Assembly (NCBI GenBank): GCA_021788015.1 | Contig: JAJYLD010000003.1 | Span: forward strand, 33,772 to 97,771 | Reading direction: 5' to 3' | Origin: a bacterium | GTDB lineage: Bacteria; Patescibacteriota; Patescibacteriia; Patescibacteriales; JAKAJF01 | Length of the DNA stretch: 64,000 nt | Shown: piece after piece, positions 27,581 through 35,366 of the stretch | How the letters are laid out: each line of letters opens with the position of its first letter | How positions within the stretch are numbered: the stretch's first letter is position 1 | The notes under the pieces: generated by a model | What the model saw: the letters and a program-made list of their open reading frames with translations, nothing else | Database searches by the model: none | Told to the model about the DNA's origin: nothing | Translations under genes and position numbers: made by a program

Positions 27581-29704
27581 TCAAATATTTTTTATTCCAT
27601 TCGAATCATTCGCATATGAGTTCGAAATATCCGCATTATTTTTCCCCATTCCGATCAACCATCTCTTTTTTTCTAGCCAATCGACCGGAATCAATTTTAA
27701 GAAGTTTCTGGTAATGACAATCGCCGAGAACATAGACAAGAGAACACCGATAATAAGAGTCACGGCGAAACCTTTGACGACGCTGGTTGTGAACATGATC
27801 AGGATTACAGAGGTAATGATGGTCATCGAATTGCTGTCGCGAATCGACGGCCATGCTCTTCGAAATCCTTCTTCAAGCGCCATACCCAGCGGCTTGCCTT
27901 TATGCAATTCTTCCCGCAAACGCGCGAAAATAAGAACGTTCGCGTCGACGGCCATACCGATTGACATGATAAAACCGGCCAAACCGGAAAGGGTCAAGGT
28001 TACGGGCCAAAGTTTGAATATGGACAAAACCAAAATCGTATAGATTATCAAAGATAGGACGGCCAAAAATCCGGGGAAACGATAAATAATAATCATGAAC
28101 AAGGCCACAAGTAAAAAAGCGTACAATCCGGCTTTCAAACTGGCAGTCAAAGAATCATGACCCAAGCTCGCTCCGACGGTCTGTTGGTTGACGAGAGAAA
28201 TCGGAACGGGCAAAGCTCCGGCGTCCAATCTTTGCGCCAACAATTTCGCTTCTTCCAATGTGAAATTTCCGGTAATCACCGCTTTTCCGTCGGGTATTTT
28301 TTCATTAACAGTCGGAATGCTTATCGGATAACCGTCCAAAAAGATGGCAACCTGTTTGCCGATATTTCTTGCCGTTATGTCTCCAAACATCTTCGCTCCC
28401 TGACTGTCGAATTGCAGAGACACTTCCGGAGAGTTGTCCTGCGGATTGAATTCGACGGAAGCGCTTTGCAAGTTCTTGCCGGTCAATTCCGTGTCTTTCC
28501 ATTGGCTTTGATTGCCGAGTATGTCCTGGACGGATTTTGTTTTAATCAAAATGTGACTGACTTTATATTCATAAACCGGCCGTTCGCTTTCTTTGTAAAT
28601 CAAATGATAACCGAATTGCGTTTCCACGATATTGGAAATTGTTCCGGTTTTCATGGCAAAAACGGCGTCTTCGAAAGGTTTGACCATTTTGCCTTTTCCA
28701 AACCAGCCCAATTCTCCGCCCGTGGTCGCCGCGCCCGGTTCGGTCGAGTTCTTCTTGGCCAAATCTTTAAAGTTAGCCGGGGTGGCTTCGGCTTTCAGTT
28801 GCTTTATTTTCGCCAAAGCTTGATCTTTAGTCAGGTTGCTTGTGCAGCTATCCGCGCCTTTGTAGCAAATCAAAATATGCGCGGCATCGACTTCCGTTTC
28901 CGGTTTGTTAGAGAACGGATCGGTTTTCTGTCTTTTATCCTCGAGTTTTACGATCTCGTAACCTTGGCTCGTCTGTTTTAAATTCTGGTTGATTTCTCCC
29001 TTTTTGAGAGTCGCGGCGATAGCGGCTATTTCCGGATTTGAACTGCTGTCGACCCAACCCAATTCCCCGCCATTGTCTTTTGTGGCGTCATCTTGACTGA
29101 ATTGTTTTGCCAAAGCGGAAAAATCGCCTCCCGAAAGCGCTTTGCCGAGGACCGAATTCGCCTGGTTTTCCGCCGCCTTGTTAAAATCGTTCAAATCTTT
29201 TTGCTGCGCCGCGGTCAGTTGATTCGGAGCGTTGTTTTGTTCTTTGAATTCAAGAAGCGGCGTTTCCCCGATCATTTTTATCGCTTGATTTATATCTTTA
29301 ATGCCGGCCAACTCAACGATGATTTGGTATTCATTGCCGGATTTATTGGTTTCCACAAGAGGTTCGCTGACCCCGAAAGTATTGACTCTTCTTTCGATAA
29401 CGTCGCGCACGCCGTCAAGGGCGTTCACTTTGTCCGCGTCCGGAACGGCGGAAAGGTCGGCTTTGTAAACCAAACGCGTTCCGCCCAAAAGATCAAGGCC
29501 CAATCTGAATGGAATAACCTTCATATAAGGAAGTTTTACGTAATTATCCGTCTTCGCGGCAATGGCATCGACCGCCTTATTGTAAGACGATCCGCCGACA
29601 ACCAAACCTCCCGCCAAAGCCAAAAGCATAATAAGCGCGAAAGCGCGCCAAGCCTTGCCTTTTCCGCTTGGTTGGAAAATCTTTTTGATAAATGTGTCTG
29701 ACAT
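27581..29704 (-). CDS. secD: protein translocase subunit SecD with inserted parvulin-type PPIase domain(s)
   Basis: LGLDLLGGTRL, P1 head, C-terminal 6 TM core; residues ~160-400 contain AHILI...GGELGWFGKGKMVKPFEDAVF...FGYHLIY parvulin signature plus a degenerate second copy. Confidence 0.9.
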   Translation of the reverse strand: MSDTFIKKIFQPSGKGKAWRAFALIMLLALAGGLVVGGSSYNKAVDAIAAKTDNYVKLPYMKVIPFRLGLDLLGGTRLVYKADLSAVPDADKVNALDGVRDVIERRVNTFGVSEPLVETNKSGNEYQIIVELAGIKDINQAIKMIGETPLLEFKEQNNAPNQLTAAQQKDLNDFNKAAENQANSVLGKALSGGDFSALAKQFSQDDATKDNGGELGWVDSSSNPEIAAIAATLKKGEINQNLKQTSQGYEIVKLEDKRQKTDPFSNKPETEVDAAHILICYKGADSCTSNLTKDQALAKIKQLKAEATPANFKDLAKKNSTEPGAATTGGELGWFGKGKMVKPFEDAVFAMKTGTISNIVETQFGYHLIYKESERPVYEYKVSHILIKTKSVQDILGNQSQWKDTELTGKNLQSASVEFNPQDNSPEVSLQFDSQGAKMFGDITARNIGKQVAIFLDGYPISIPTVNEKIPDGKAVITGNFTLEEAKLLAQRLDAGALPVPISLVNQQTVGASLGHDSLTASLKAGLYAFLLVALFMIIIYRFPGFLAVLSLIIYTILVLSIFKLWPVTLTLSGLAGFIMSIGMAVDANVLIFARLREELHKGKPLGMALEEGFRRAWPSIRDSNSMTIITSVILIMFTTSVVKGFAVTLIIGVLLSMFSAIVITRNFLKLIPVDWLEKKRWLIGMGKNNADISNSYANDSNGIKNI

Positions 29705-29830
29705 AAAATAAAAACCTGAATCAGGTGTTAGTGAGTATGTGAATATTTTAAACCATTATTAGGTTAAACGCAATATTGACAAAAAAACGCTAAAATTTTA
29801 TTATAAAGATTTTTTAATGAAATAATTTTT

Positions 29831-30012
29831 TCAAAACACCACGGGGTTCGGGGGCGGAATTGAGTCCCGCCGACGGCGGGAAGAGAACCTTAATATAAAT
29901 CAATGTGATAGCGAATTGGAGCCCCCAAAACTTTCCCGCCTGCATCGCTATGCGAAGCATTGCGGGCAGGTTGCCTACTTTTTGGTTACAAAAAGTAACT
30001 CCTAGCGAAGCG
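29831..30012 (+). repeat. three-copy structured element, copy 1 (candidate ncRNA), with nested 36-nt hairpin insert
   Basis: blocks GGGGGCGGAATTGAG, CAATGTGATAGCGAATTGGAGCCCCC, hairpin tactttttg-gtta-caaaaagta, CCTAGCGAAGCG; TTGACA-17-TATTAT at 29776-29804 upstream. Confidence 0.55.
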
Positions 30013-30014
30013 TT

Positions 30015-30707
30015 TTAAAATTTTAACCCTATATACCCCAACATCGCATCAAGTTTCTCTTTCCTCTCCCGCCGCGCGGAAAAATATTTTTCGCTTTCGC
30101 AAAAAGTGCATTCTCCGCTCGCCTCGATATTCTTTTCTAAAATTCCATTTTGCAAAAGTTTAATGAAAATAATTTTTTCCAATTCGACAAAAATTTTTCC
30201 GTCCTTCTTTAAAATCGCTTCCGGATATTTTTCGAAATTAAAAAGCACTTCTTTTCCGATTTCAAAATGGCATTTTTGAATCCCCGGACCGATTCCGATA
30301 AGAATATTTTCAGGATTGGCTCCGAATTCATTATTCATTTTCTCAATTGTGTTTTTAATGGTCCCGCCGGTGATCCCGCGCCAACCGGCATGCGCGATTC
30401 CTATAACTTTTTTATTAGGATCAAAAAAATAAATCGGAAAACAATCCGCCATTGTAATTGTTAGCAATATTTCTTTTTCATCCGTCACGAGCCCGTCGGT
30501 TTCAGGGATATTTTTCTCACCATCTTTAAAAACACGAGCGACATTCGTGCCATTAATCAATCCTGCCCTTATGATACTATTCTCAGAAACGGAAAGATTC
30601 GAAAAAAAATTTTCTCTATTTTCATTATTATATTTCATGTCTCCGTCTTTCTTTTCAGAAATTCCGTAAACTAACTCCTGATGTTTTTCAAAATGGGTGA
30701 ACTTCAT
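30015..30707 (-). CDS. pgeF: YfiH/PgeF (DUF152) laccase-domain protein, peptidoglycan editing factor family
   Basis: IGIAHAGWRG, CTFC...YFSARRE motifs. Confidence 0.82.
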   Translation of the reverse strand: MKFTHFEKHQELVYGISEKKDGDMKYNNENRENFFSNLSVSENSIIRAGLINGTNVARVFKDGEKNIPETDGLVTDEKEILLTITMADCFPIYFFDPNKKVIGIAHAGWRGITGGTIKNTIEKMNNEFGANPENILIGIGPGIQKCHFEIGKEVLFNFEKYPEAILKKDGKIFVELEKIIFIKLLQNGILEKNIEASGECTFCESEKYFSARRERKEKLDAMLGYIGLKF

Positions 30708-30715
30708 AAAATTAA

Positions 30716-31018
30716 TTATGCCTCCTCCAAAATTATCCTCTCTTCAAATCTACCTCGCTCTTCTTTTTTCTTTTGTTTAATTTCTAAAATTTCTTTTTCA
30801 GGAAAACCTTTAAATTCATAAATCGCTTCAAGCACTTCCAAAATATCCGCGAGCTCTTCTATGTTTTCCGCCTCTAAAAATTCTTCAACCTCTTCTCTTA
30901 ATTTATCTCGCAACTTATTCCAATATTCTTTTTCGTCCGCAATGTGAGTTTTAGGATTCGCTCCCTTTCCTAAAATGAATTCGGGAATTTTATCACGTAC
31001 TAATTTATTGTATTTCAT
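30716..31018 (-). CDS. MazG/PRA-PH-like NTP pyrophosphohydrolase (100 aa)
   Basis: KLVRDKIPEFI ... EELADILEVLEAI pattern. Confidence 0.68.
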   Translation of the reverse strand: MKYNKLVRDKIPEFILGKGANPKTHIADEKEYWNKLRDKLREEVEEFLEAENIEELADILEVLEAIYEFKGFPEKEILEIKQKKKEERGRFEERIILEEA

Positions 31019-31095
31019 ATTGACTTTTTAAACCCTAGGTATATTATAAGTTTAGAATAAATTTTGGCTCTTTGCCAAAGGAGGGAACACCAACA

Positions 31096-31323
31096 GTGAA
31101 TAAGCCGAATTTAAAAATAGGCAAGACTTATGCTTTTTCCCACAGGTTCTATAGCCGCAACCTAAACCTGAGCTTCAATAAAGGGACATACATAGGGATC
31201 GAAGGCGGCAGGCACGCTTTCAGGGGAGTTGGGTCTTATAAGGTATATATATTTTATATCAATGACACTGTAATGGTCATGTTACCCAAGTCCAAGTCCA
31301 AACCCAAATCCAAGGACGGCTAA
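31096..31323 (+). CDS. hypothetical protein (75 aa, Lys/Ser/Pro tail)
   Basis: GTG at 31096 preceded by AAGGAGGG; terminator follows. Confidence 0.5.
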   Translation: MNKPNLKIGKTYAFSHRFYSRNLNLSFNKGTYIGIEGGRHAFRGVGSYKVYIFYINDTVMVMLPKSKSKPKSKDG

Positions 31324-31337
31324 ACCCGTCTTTTTTT
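31315..31337 (+). terminator. weak rho-independent terminator
   Basis: gacgg/ccgtc 5-bp stem then seven T. Confidence 0.5.
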
Positions 31338-31682
31338 ATTTCCTCAAAATCCAACTCATAATAAAATCAACAATGTACCCGATTTCATTTTCATTCAATT
31401 CTTTTCCCTTTTTAATTCCGTGCCATTTTTCAAGGCAACTGCGGCAGCAAGTCGCGGTCGCGTGCTGGGCAATAAAACCGGATGGCCTCGCATCGGCGTT
31501 TGCTTGCCGTCGTTTTCCGGATAAGCATCGGCCAGACGGGACTTTATAAATTCATAAGCATGCTTTCGAATCGCCTCTTCCCCTTTCATTCCCAAATATT
31601 CTTTTTCTTTCGGCTTCAGTTTGAAACTCGATCGAAATTTCGATTTTGCCAATCGGGATTTTAAATTTTTTAGATTGTACAT
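31336..31682 (-). pseudogene. DUF4186-family gene interrupted by a -1 frameshift in a T4 run
   Basis: ORF 31395..31682 matches family up to PMRGHPV; the next frame reads FIAQHATATCCRSCLEKWHGIKKGKEL...; total span 347 nt (3n-1); shift at 31474-31477. Confidence 0.7.
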
Positions 31683-31690
31683 AATCTAAA

Positions 31691-31841
31691 TTGTCATTGC
31701 GGCCACTGAGCCGCAATCCAGGGGTAAAATAAAGGAGGTGATTTTTTAAACAGTATCCAAGCACATCTTTCTGTAGTGTGCTTTTTTATTTCACATCCAT
31801 ACGGCTCACACCCGGATCCTGAATCAAGTTCAGGATGACAA
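31691..31841. mobile_element. MITE-like composite repeat, copy C (151 bp)
   Basis: ttgtcattgcggccactgagccgcaatccaggggtaaaat ... atccaagcacat ... ggatcctgaatcaagttcaggatgacaa; 8 nt below csaA stop. Confidence 0.65.
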
Positions 31842-31848
31842 TTACATT

Positions 31849-32178
31849 TTAAAACATCTTCCCTCCGAGCGGAACTTTTTTGTCCGGCGCCAAAAGAATT
31901 ACATTTCCGTCTTCATCGGCAACTCCCAAAGTTAAAACTTCGGAAACGAACGGCCCGATCTGCTTTGGCGGGAAATTAACGACGGCCATAACCTGCCTAC
32001 CGACTAATTCCCCTTTCGAATAATTCGTGATTTGAGCCGACGATTTTTTAATGCCGATTTCATTTCCGAAATCGATCGTCAGCTTGTACGCCGGTTTGCG
32101 CGCTTCGGGAAAATCTTCAACCTTAACAATTTCTCCCACTCTGATATTCACTTTTTCGAAATCTTCGTAAGTGATCAT
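31849..32178 (-). CDS. csaA: tRNA-binding domain protein (CsaA/YgjH-like)
   Basis: FEKVNIRVGEIVKVEDFPEARKPAYKLTIDFG ... GRQVMAVVNFPPKQIG. Confidence 0.85.
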   Translation of the reverse strand: MITYEDFEKVNIRVGEIVKVEDFPEARKPAYKLTIDFGNEIGIKKSSAQITNYSKGELVGRQVMAVVNFPPKQIGPFVSEVLTLGVADEDGNVILLAPDKKVPLGGKMF

Positions 32179-32639
32179 AAATTTTCCACAATCGATAAAT
32201 CGCCATCTATTAAATTATGCGAATCGTCATATGAAAATTTTCCTCTGAACTTTTCTCCCCTTAAAAATATCGGCAGCCACATCGCATCGCTTTTCCACAT
32301 TTTATCGTACGGCATTTCGGCAATATGAAACCATTTCGGCATCATTTCGTCGCTTTCTTTCGGCTCACCGGAAAAATTATCGATTTTAAAAATATGCACT
32401 TCTAAAATTTCCGGATTATTTTTAAATTCAAATTCTAAAATTCCATTTTTTTTCAAATCTCCCGCTTCTATTCCAGCTTCTTCTTTTAATTCTCTTTTTG
32501 CTCCTTCTTCTATCTGTTCTCCCAATTCAACTTTCCCTCCGAACCCGTTCCATCTGCCCGCACCTAATCCAACTTTTTTAAAACCAAGTAAAATTTTTGA
32601 ATCTTTTATAATTAAGCAAAGAGTTTGGATGTTTTTCAT
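32175..32639 (-). CDS. NUDIX hydrolase (MutT-like)
   Basis: Nudix box GFGGKVELGEQIEEGAKRELKEEAGI. Confidence 0.85.
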   Translation of the reverse strand: MKNIQTLCLIIKDSKILLGFKKVGLGAGRWNGFGGKVELGEQIEEGAKRELKEEAGIEAGDLKKNGILEFEFKNNPEILEVHIFKIDNFSGEPKESDEMMPKWFHIAEMPYDKMWKSDAMWLPIFLRGEKFRGKFSYDDSHNLIDGDLSIVENL

Positions 32640-32689
32640 GAATTTATTTTACTACACTTACTTTTAAAACGCCATCAAATTTCAAAAAC

Positions 32690-32717
32690 TTGACAAATAA
32701 TTTATTTATGTTATAGT
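32690..32717 (+). promoter_or_regulatory. sigma70-like promoter TTGACA-16-TATAGT
   Basis: TTGACA 32690-32695, TATAGT 32712-32717. Confidence 0.55.
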
Positions 32718-32726
32718 AAAAACAAG

Positions 32727-32834
32727 ATGAATATTATGAATCAAAATAAGCAAATTTCACCGGGCCAGAAAAACCAGTATTCAATCGGAAAAATGTGGCC
32801 GAAACGAAAAAAAATTAATTACAAAGAAACATAG
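32727..32834 (+). CDS. possible micro-protein (35 aa, basic)
   Basis: hand-translated MNIMNQNKQISPGQKNQYSIGKMWPKRKKINYKET; framed by promoter and strong terminator. Confidence 0.4.
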   Translation: MNIMNQNKQISPGQKNQYSIGKMWPKRKKINYKET

Positions 32835-32837
32835 AAA

Positions 32838-32860
32838 ACCGCCGAAAAGGCGGTTTTTTG
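32838..32860 (+). terminator. rho-independent terminator
   Basis: accgcc-gaaaa-ggcggt then T-run. Confidence 0.78.
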
Positions 32861-32983
32861 GTACCCAAAATGATTAAAGAAGTTTAAAATAGCTCTTTAC
32901 AAAGGAGGTGATGCCTAGAGAAACATGGCGCATGAGAGTAAACTTGCCATTGGCCAGTAAAAGACAAAGAAGGAGATACGAAA

Positions 32984-33280
32984 ATGCCAAAGGTAACTTT
33001 TGACGTAAAGGAAAAACGGAAGCACGAGGGCAATTCGGTAACGGTTACTCTAACGCTCGCCGAAGACGCCCCCGCGGAGCTCCATTTCTCAAACGGCGAA
33101 AGGTCGATTGAACAAAACTTCAGCCACGAGGATGAGGAGATCCTAAAATCCCTTCGCAAGGAGTCCCGAGATAACGAGCTAAACAGCCTCAAAACTCAGG
33201 CTGAAGATCTCGGACTCGGCCGAAAATTCAAGGTCGTAACCACGGAGCTGACAAAGACATTGACCGGAGAAACAGACTAA
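32984..33280 (+). CDS. hypothetical protein (98 aa, acidic)
   Basis: GAAGGAGA RBS before ATG; terminator follows; antisense ORF 32884..33192 rejected. Confidence 0.55.
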   Translation: MPKVTFDVKEKRKHEGNSVTVTLTLAEDAPAELHFSNGERSIEQNFSHEDEEILKSLRKESRDNELNSLKTQAEDLGLGRKFKVVTTELTKTLTGETD

Positions 33281-33294
33281 GTCTCTGCTCAAAA

Positions 33295-33322
33295 GCCCGA
33301 TAAAAATATCGGGCTTCTTTTT
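33295..33322. terminator. bidirectional terminator between convergent genes
   Basis: gcccgata/tatcgggc stem, A-run upstream and T-run downstream. Confidence 0.75.
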
Positions 33323-33330
33323 ATTTATAT

Positions 33331-33909
33331 TCATGATGCCAAACTTTTTTCCCTTCCCAATTTTATCGCCGTGAGAACGCCTAAGCTCGCAAGAAAAATA
33401 TAAAACGGGAATGCCAATAAAACAAAATTAAAACCGCCGACCGCGATGCATGATAACAATCCTCCCGCCAAAGTTAACACCCATGAACTTACGGTTTCGG
33501 TTTCCGGATGTTCATATGTTTTAATCATGGTCAGAACCGCTCCGGTTCCGTCAATGAGAATAATAAAAAATAAAGCGACGGCCGCTTCTTTGGTGATGTA
33601 CCAAAGTATCAGGCTTAAAATTATACCGGCGAAAGCGATTTTGTCCCGTTTTAAAAATCCGCCGAGTCCGTATTTTAAGGCCAGAAAAAAAATGAAAAGA
33701 TCACCGAGAGTTTGCGCGCCGGTCATGATTAAAGAATAAGAGGCGCCTTTCGCGAATTGAGAAAAAAATGAAATCAAACCCATAATCGACCAAATTAGCC
33801 AGGACATTCTTTCCGGTTTTGTTTTAAATAAAAAAATGTCTCGGATGTAGGGCGCGAACGATAACAAAATCGCTATGCCGGACAAATATCCGGCGAGTTC
33901 TTTGAACAT
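33331..33909 (-). CDS. polytopic membrane protein, unknown function
   Basis: about six hydrophobic helices; start trimmed to MFKELAGY because upstream codons lie in MITE copy D. Confidence 0.6.
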   Translation of the reverse strand: MFKELAGYLSGIAILLSFAPYIRDIFLFKTKPERMSWLIWSIMGLISFFSQFAKGASYSLIMTGAQTLGDLFIFFLALKYGLGGFLKRDKIAFAGIILSLILWYITKEAAVALFFIILIDGTGAVLTMIKTYEHPETETVSSWVLTLAGGLLSCIAVGGFNFVLLAFPFYIFLASLGVLTAIKLGREKSLAS

Positions 33910-33916
33910 AAAATAA

Positions 33917-34090
33917 TTGTTATTGCGGCCTACGAGCCTGCGTACCGGACAGGCAGGCCGCAATCCAGGGGTAAAACATAAAAACGTGAATTTTTAAAAT
34001 GCATCCAAGCACATATTTTTTTAGCCGCATCCTAAATTTTACCATTCCTACTGCTCGCCCCTGGATCCTGAATCAAGTTCAGGATGACAA
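33917..34090. mobile_element. MITE-like composite repeat, copy D (174 bp)
   Basis: ttgttattgcggcc...ggccgcaatccaggggtaaaac ... atccaagcacat ... ggatcctgaatcaagttcaggatgacaa (right arm identical to copy C). Confidence 0.65.
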
Positions 34091-34215
34091 TTTTATTGGC
34101 TCCATGCTTTGCGTGAAGCCTGGATGCAGACCATGATTTTAAAATTCGACCCGTTTGCATTTCGGCCCCGGGTAAAACCCGGAGCCGGCTAAGCAGGAAT
34201 CAAAAAAACTAAGTC

Positions 34216-34725
34216 TTACTTAATAATTCTATAATGCAATTGTATTTCATTTTTTGATAATTTTTTAACATTTATCAACTCAAGATTTTTTTCAAAATCC
34301 CCATCACTAAATAATTTTATTCCTTTTCCTAAAATTATAGGTTCAATATCTAAATATATTTCATCAATTAAATTCTCTTCAATAAAAGCAGCATTTAGTA
34401 TGCTGCCCCCAGCAACAATTATAATTTTAAAATCTTTTAATTTCTCCAATGCTTCTTTGGGCGATGCTACAATAAGATGATTTTGAGAAATTAATTCAAC
34501 TTTGCTTCTAGAAACTACAATTAATTTTACATCGTTTAATTCTGTAAATTCAGGTTGTTTAGTTAAAATATAATAAGTTCTTCTTCCCACCACTAAACAG
34601 CCGGATTGTCTAACTGCAACACTATAACTATCCCATTCTATTTTGGAAATCCAACCGGTATTATCATCTTCTTTTGCAATCATCCCGTTGGCGCTTATGG
34701 CCATATACAGAATAACTTTTTTCAT
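34216..34725 (-). CDS. dihydrofolate reductase-like / RibD C-terminal domain protein
   Basis: MKKVILYMAISANGMIA...LVVGRRTY...VAGGSILNAAFIEENLIDEIYLDIEPIILGKG. Confidence 0.72.
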   Translation of the reverse strand: MKKVILYMAISANGMIAKEDDNTGWISKIEWDSYSVAVRQSGCLVVGRRTYYILTKQPEFTELNDVKLIVVSRSKVELISQNHLIVASPKEALEKLKDFKIIIVAGGSILNAAFIEENLIDEIYLDIEPIILGKGIKLFSDGDFEKNLELINVKKLSKNEIQLHYRIIK

Positions 34726-34850
34726 ATTATTTGAATTTATTCCTATGCCCCTTAGCTGGCTCCGTGCTTTGTATGGAGCCAAAATGCAAAGCTTGGTTAC
34801 TGATTTTTACATTCCGCTTCATAACATAACGGGGGTTATGGAGCTGATAG

Positions 34851-35351
34851 TTACTTAATCTTAATCCAATAGCGTCTTACTAACTTTTCTCCTTTCCTTA
34901 TCTTATCCTGCAGAATCCCACCGTTTGCTTCAATAATTTTCTGTGATCCGACATTATCATCGTCGCAAGTTACCAAAGCTTTCTTAATATCTAATTGTAA
35001 AGTTTTTCTTAAACCCAATTTCAAAATTTTTTTCCCATAACCCTTTCTTCTTTCCGAGGGTCGAATTTCATAACCGATGTGACCGCCTTCTTCCCGAAGT
35101 CTTTTAGTTAAATTGTGCCGAACAGAAACTCGACCAATAAACTTATTTCTATCGACAAGCCAAAAAACACTTTGAAGCACATAGCCTTTAGGCACCCTCT
35201 TTTCTTGGTCTCTTAATTTCTTTACAAATTCGGCAAATTGCTTCGGCGATTGTTTTGACTCTATATCTTTGTTTCTCCCTTCTTTGTGAGATTCTTTTAC
35301 TGCTTGCAAAAAACTTTTTTGATATTTTGTTGTCGGCTTTACCAGTCTCAT
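34851..35351 (-). CDS. GNAT family N-acetyltransferase
   Basis: acetyl-CoA motif RRKGYGKKILKLGL ... NVGSQKIIEANGG. Confidence 0.82.
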   Translation of the reverse strand: MRLVKPTTKYQKSFLQAVKESHKEGRNKDIESKQSPKQFAEFVKKLRDQEKRVPKGYVLQSVFWLVDRNKFIGRVSVRHNLTKRLREEGGHIGYEIRPSERRKGYGKKILKLGLRKTLQLDIKKALVTCDDDNVGSQKIIEANGGILQDKIRKGEKLVRRYWIKIK

Positions 35352-35366
35352 ACATTACTTTCACCT

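Noticed and set aside
29831-30012. The three-copy element as tRNA, tmRNA, SRP RNA, 6S RNA or RNase P RNA
   Set aside because: It has no cloverleaf and no T-loop GTTCRANYC. It lacks the SRP domain IV motif and any RNase P conserved regions. Its length and blocks do not fit these classes.
32884-33192. 102-aa minus-strand ORF
   Set aside because: It is antisense to ORF 32984..33280, which has a proper RBS and terminator. Its translation is Ser/Phe-rich low complexity.
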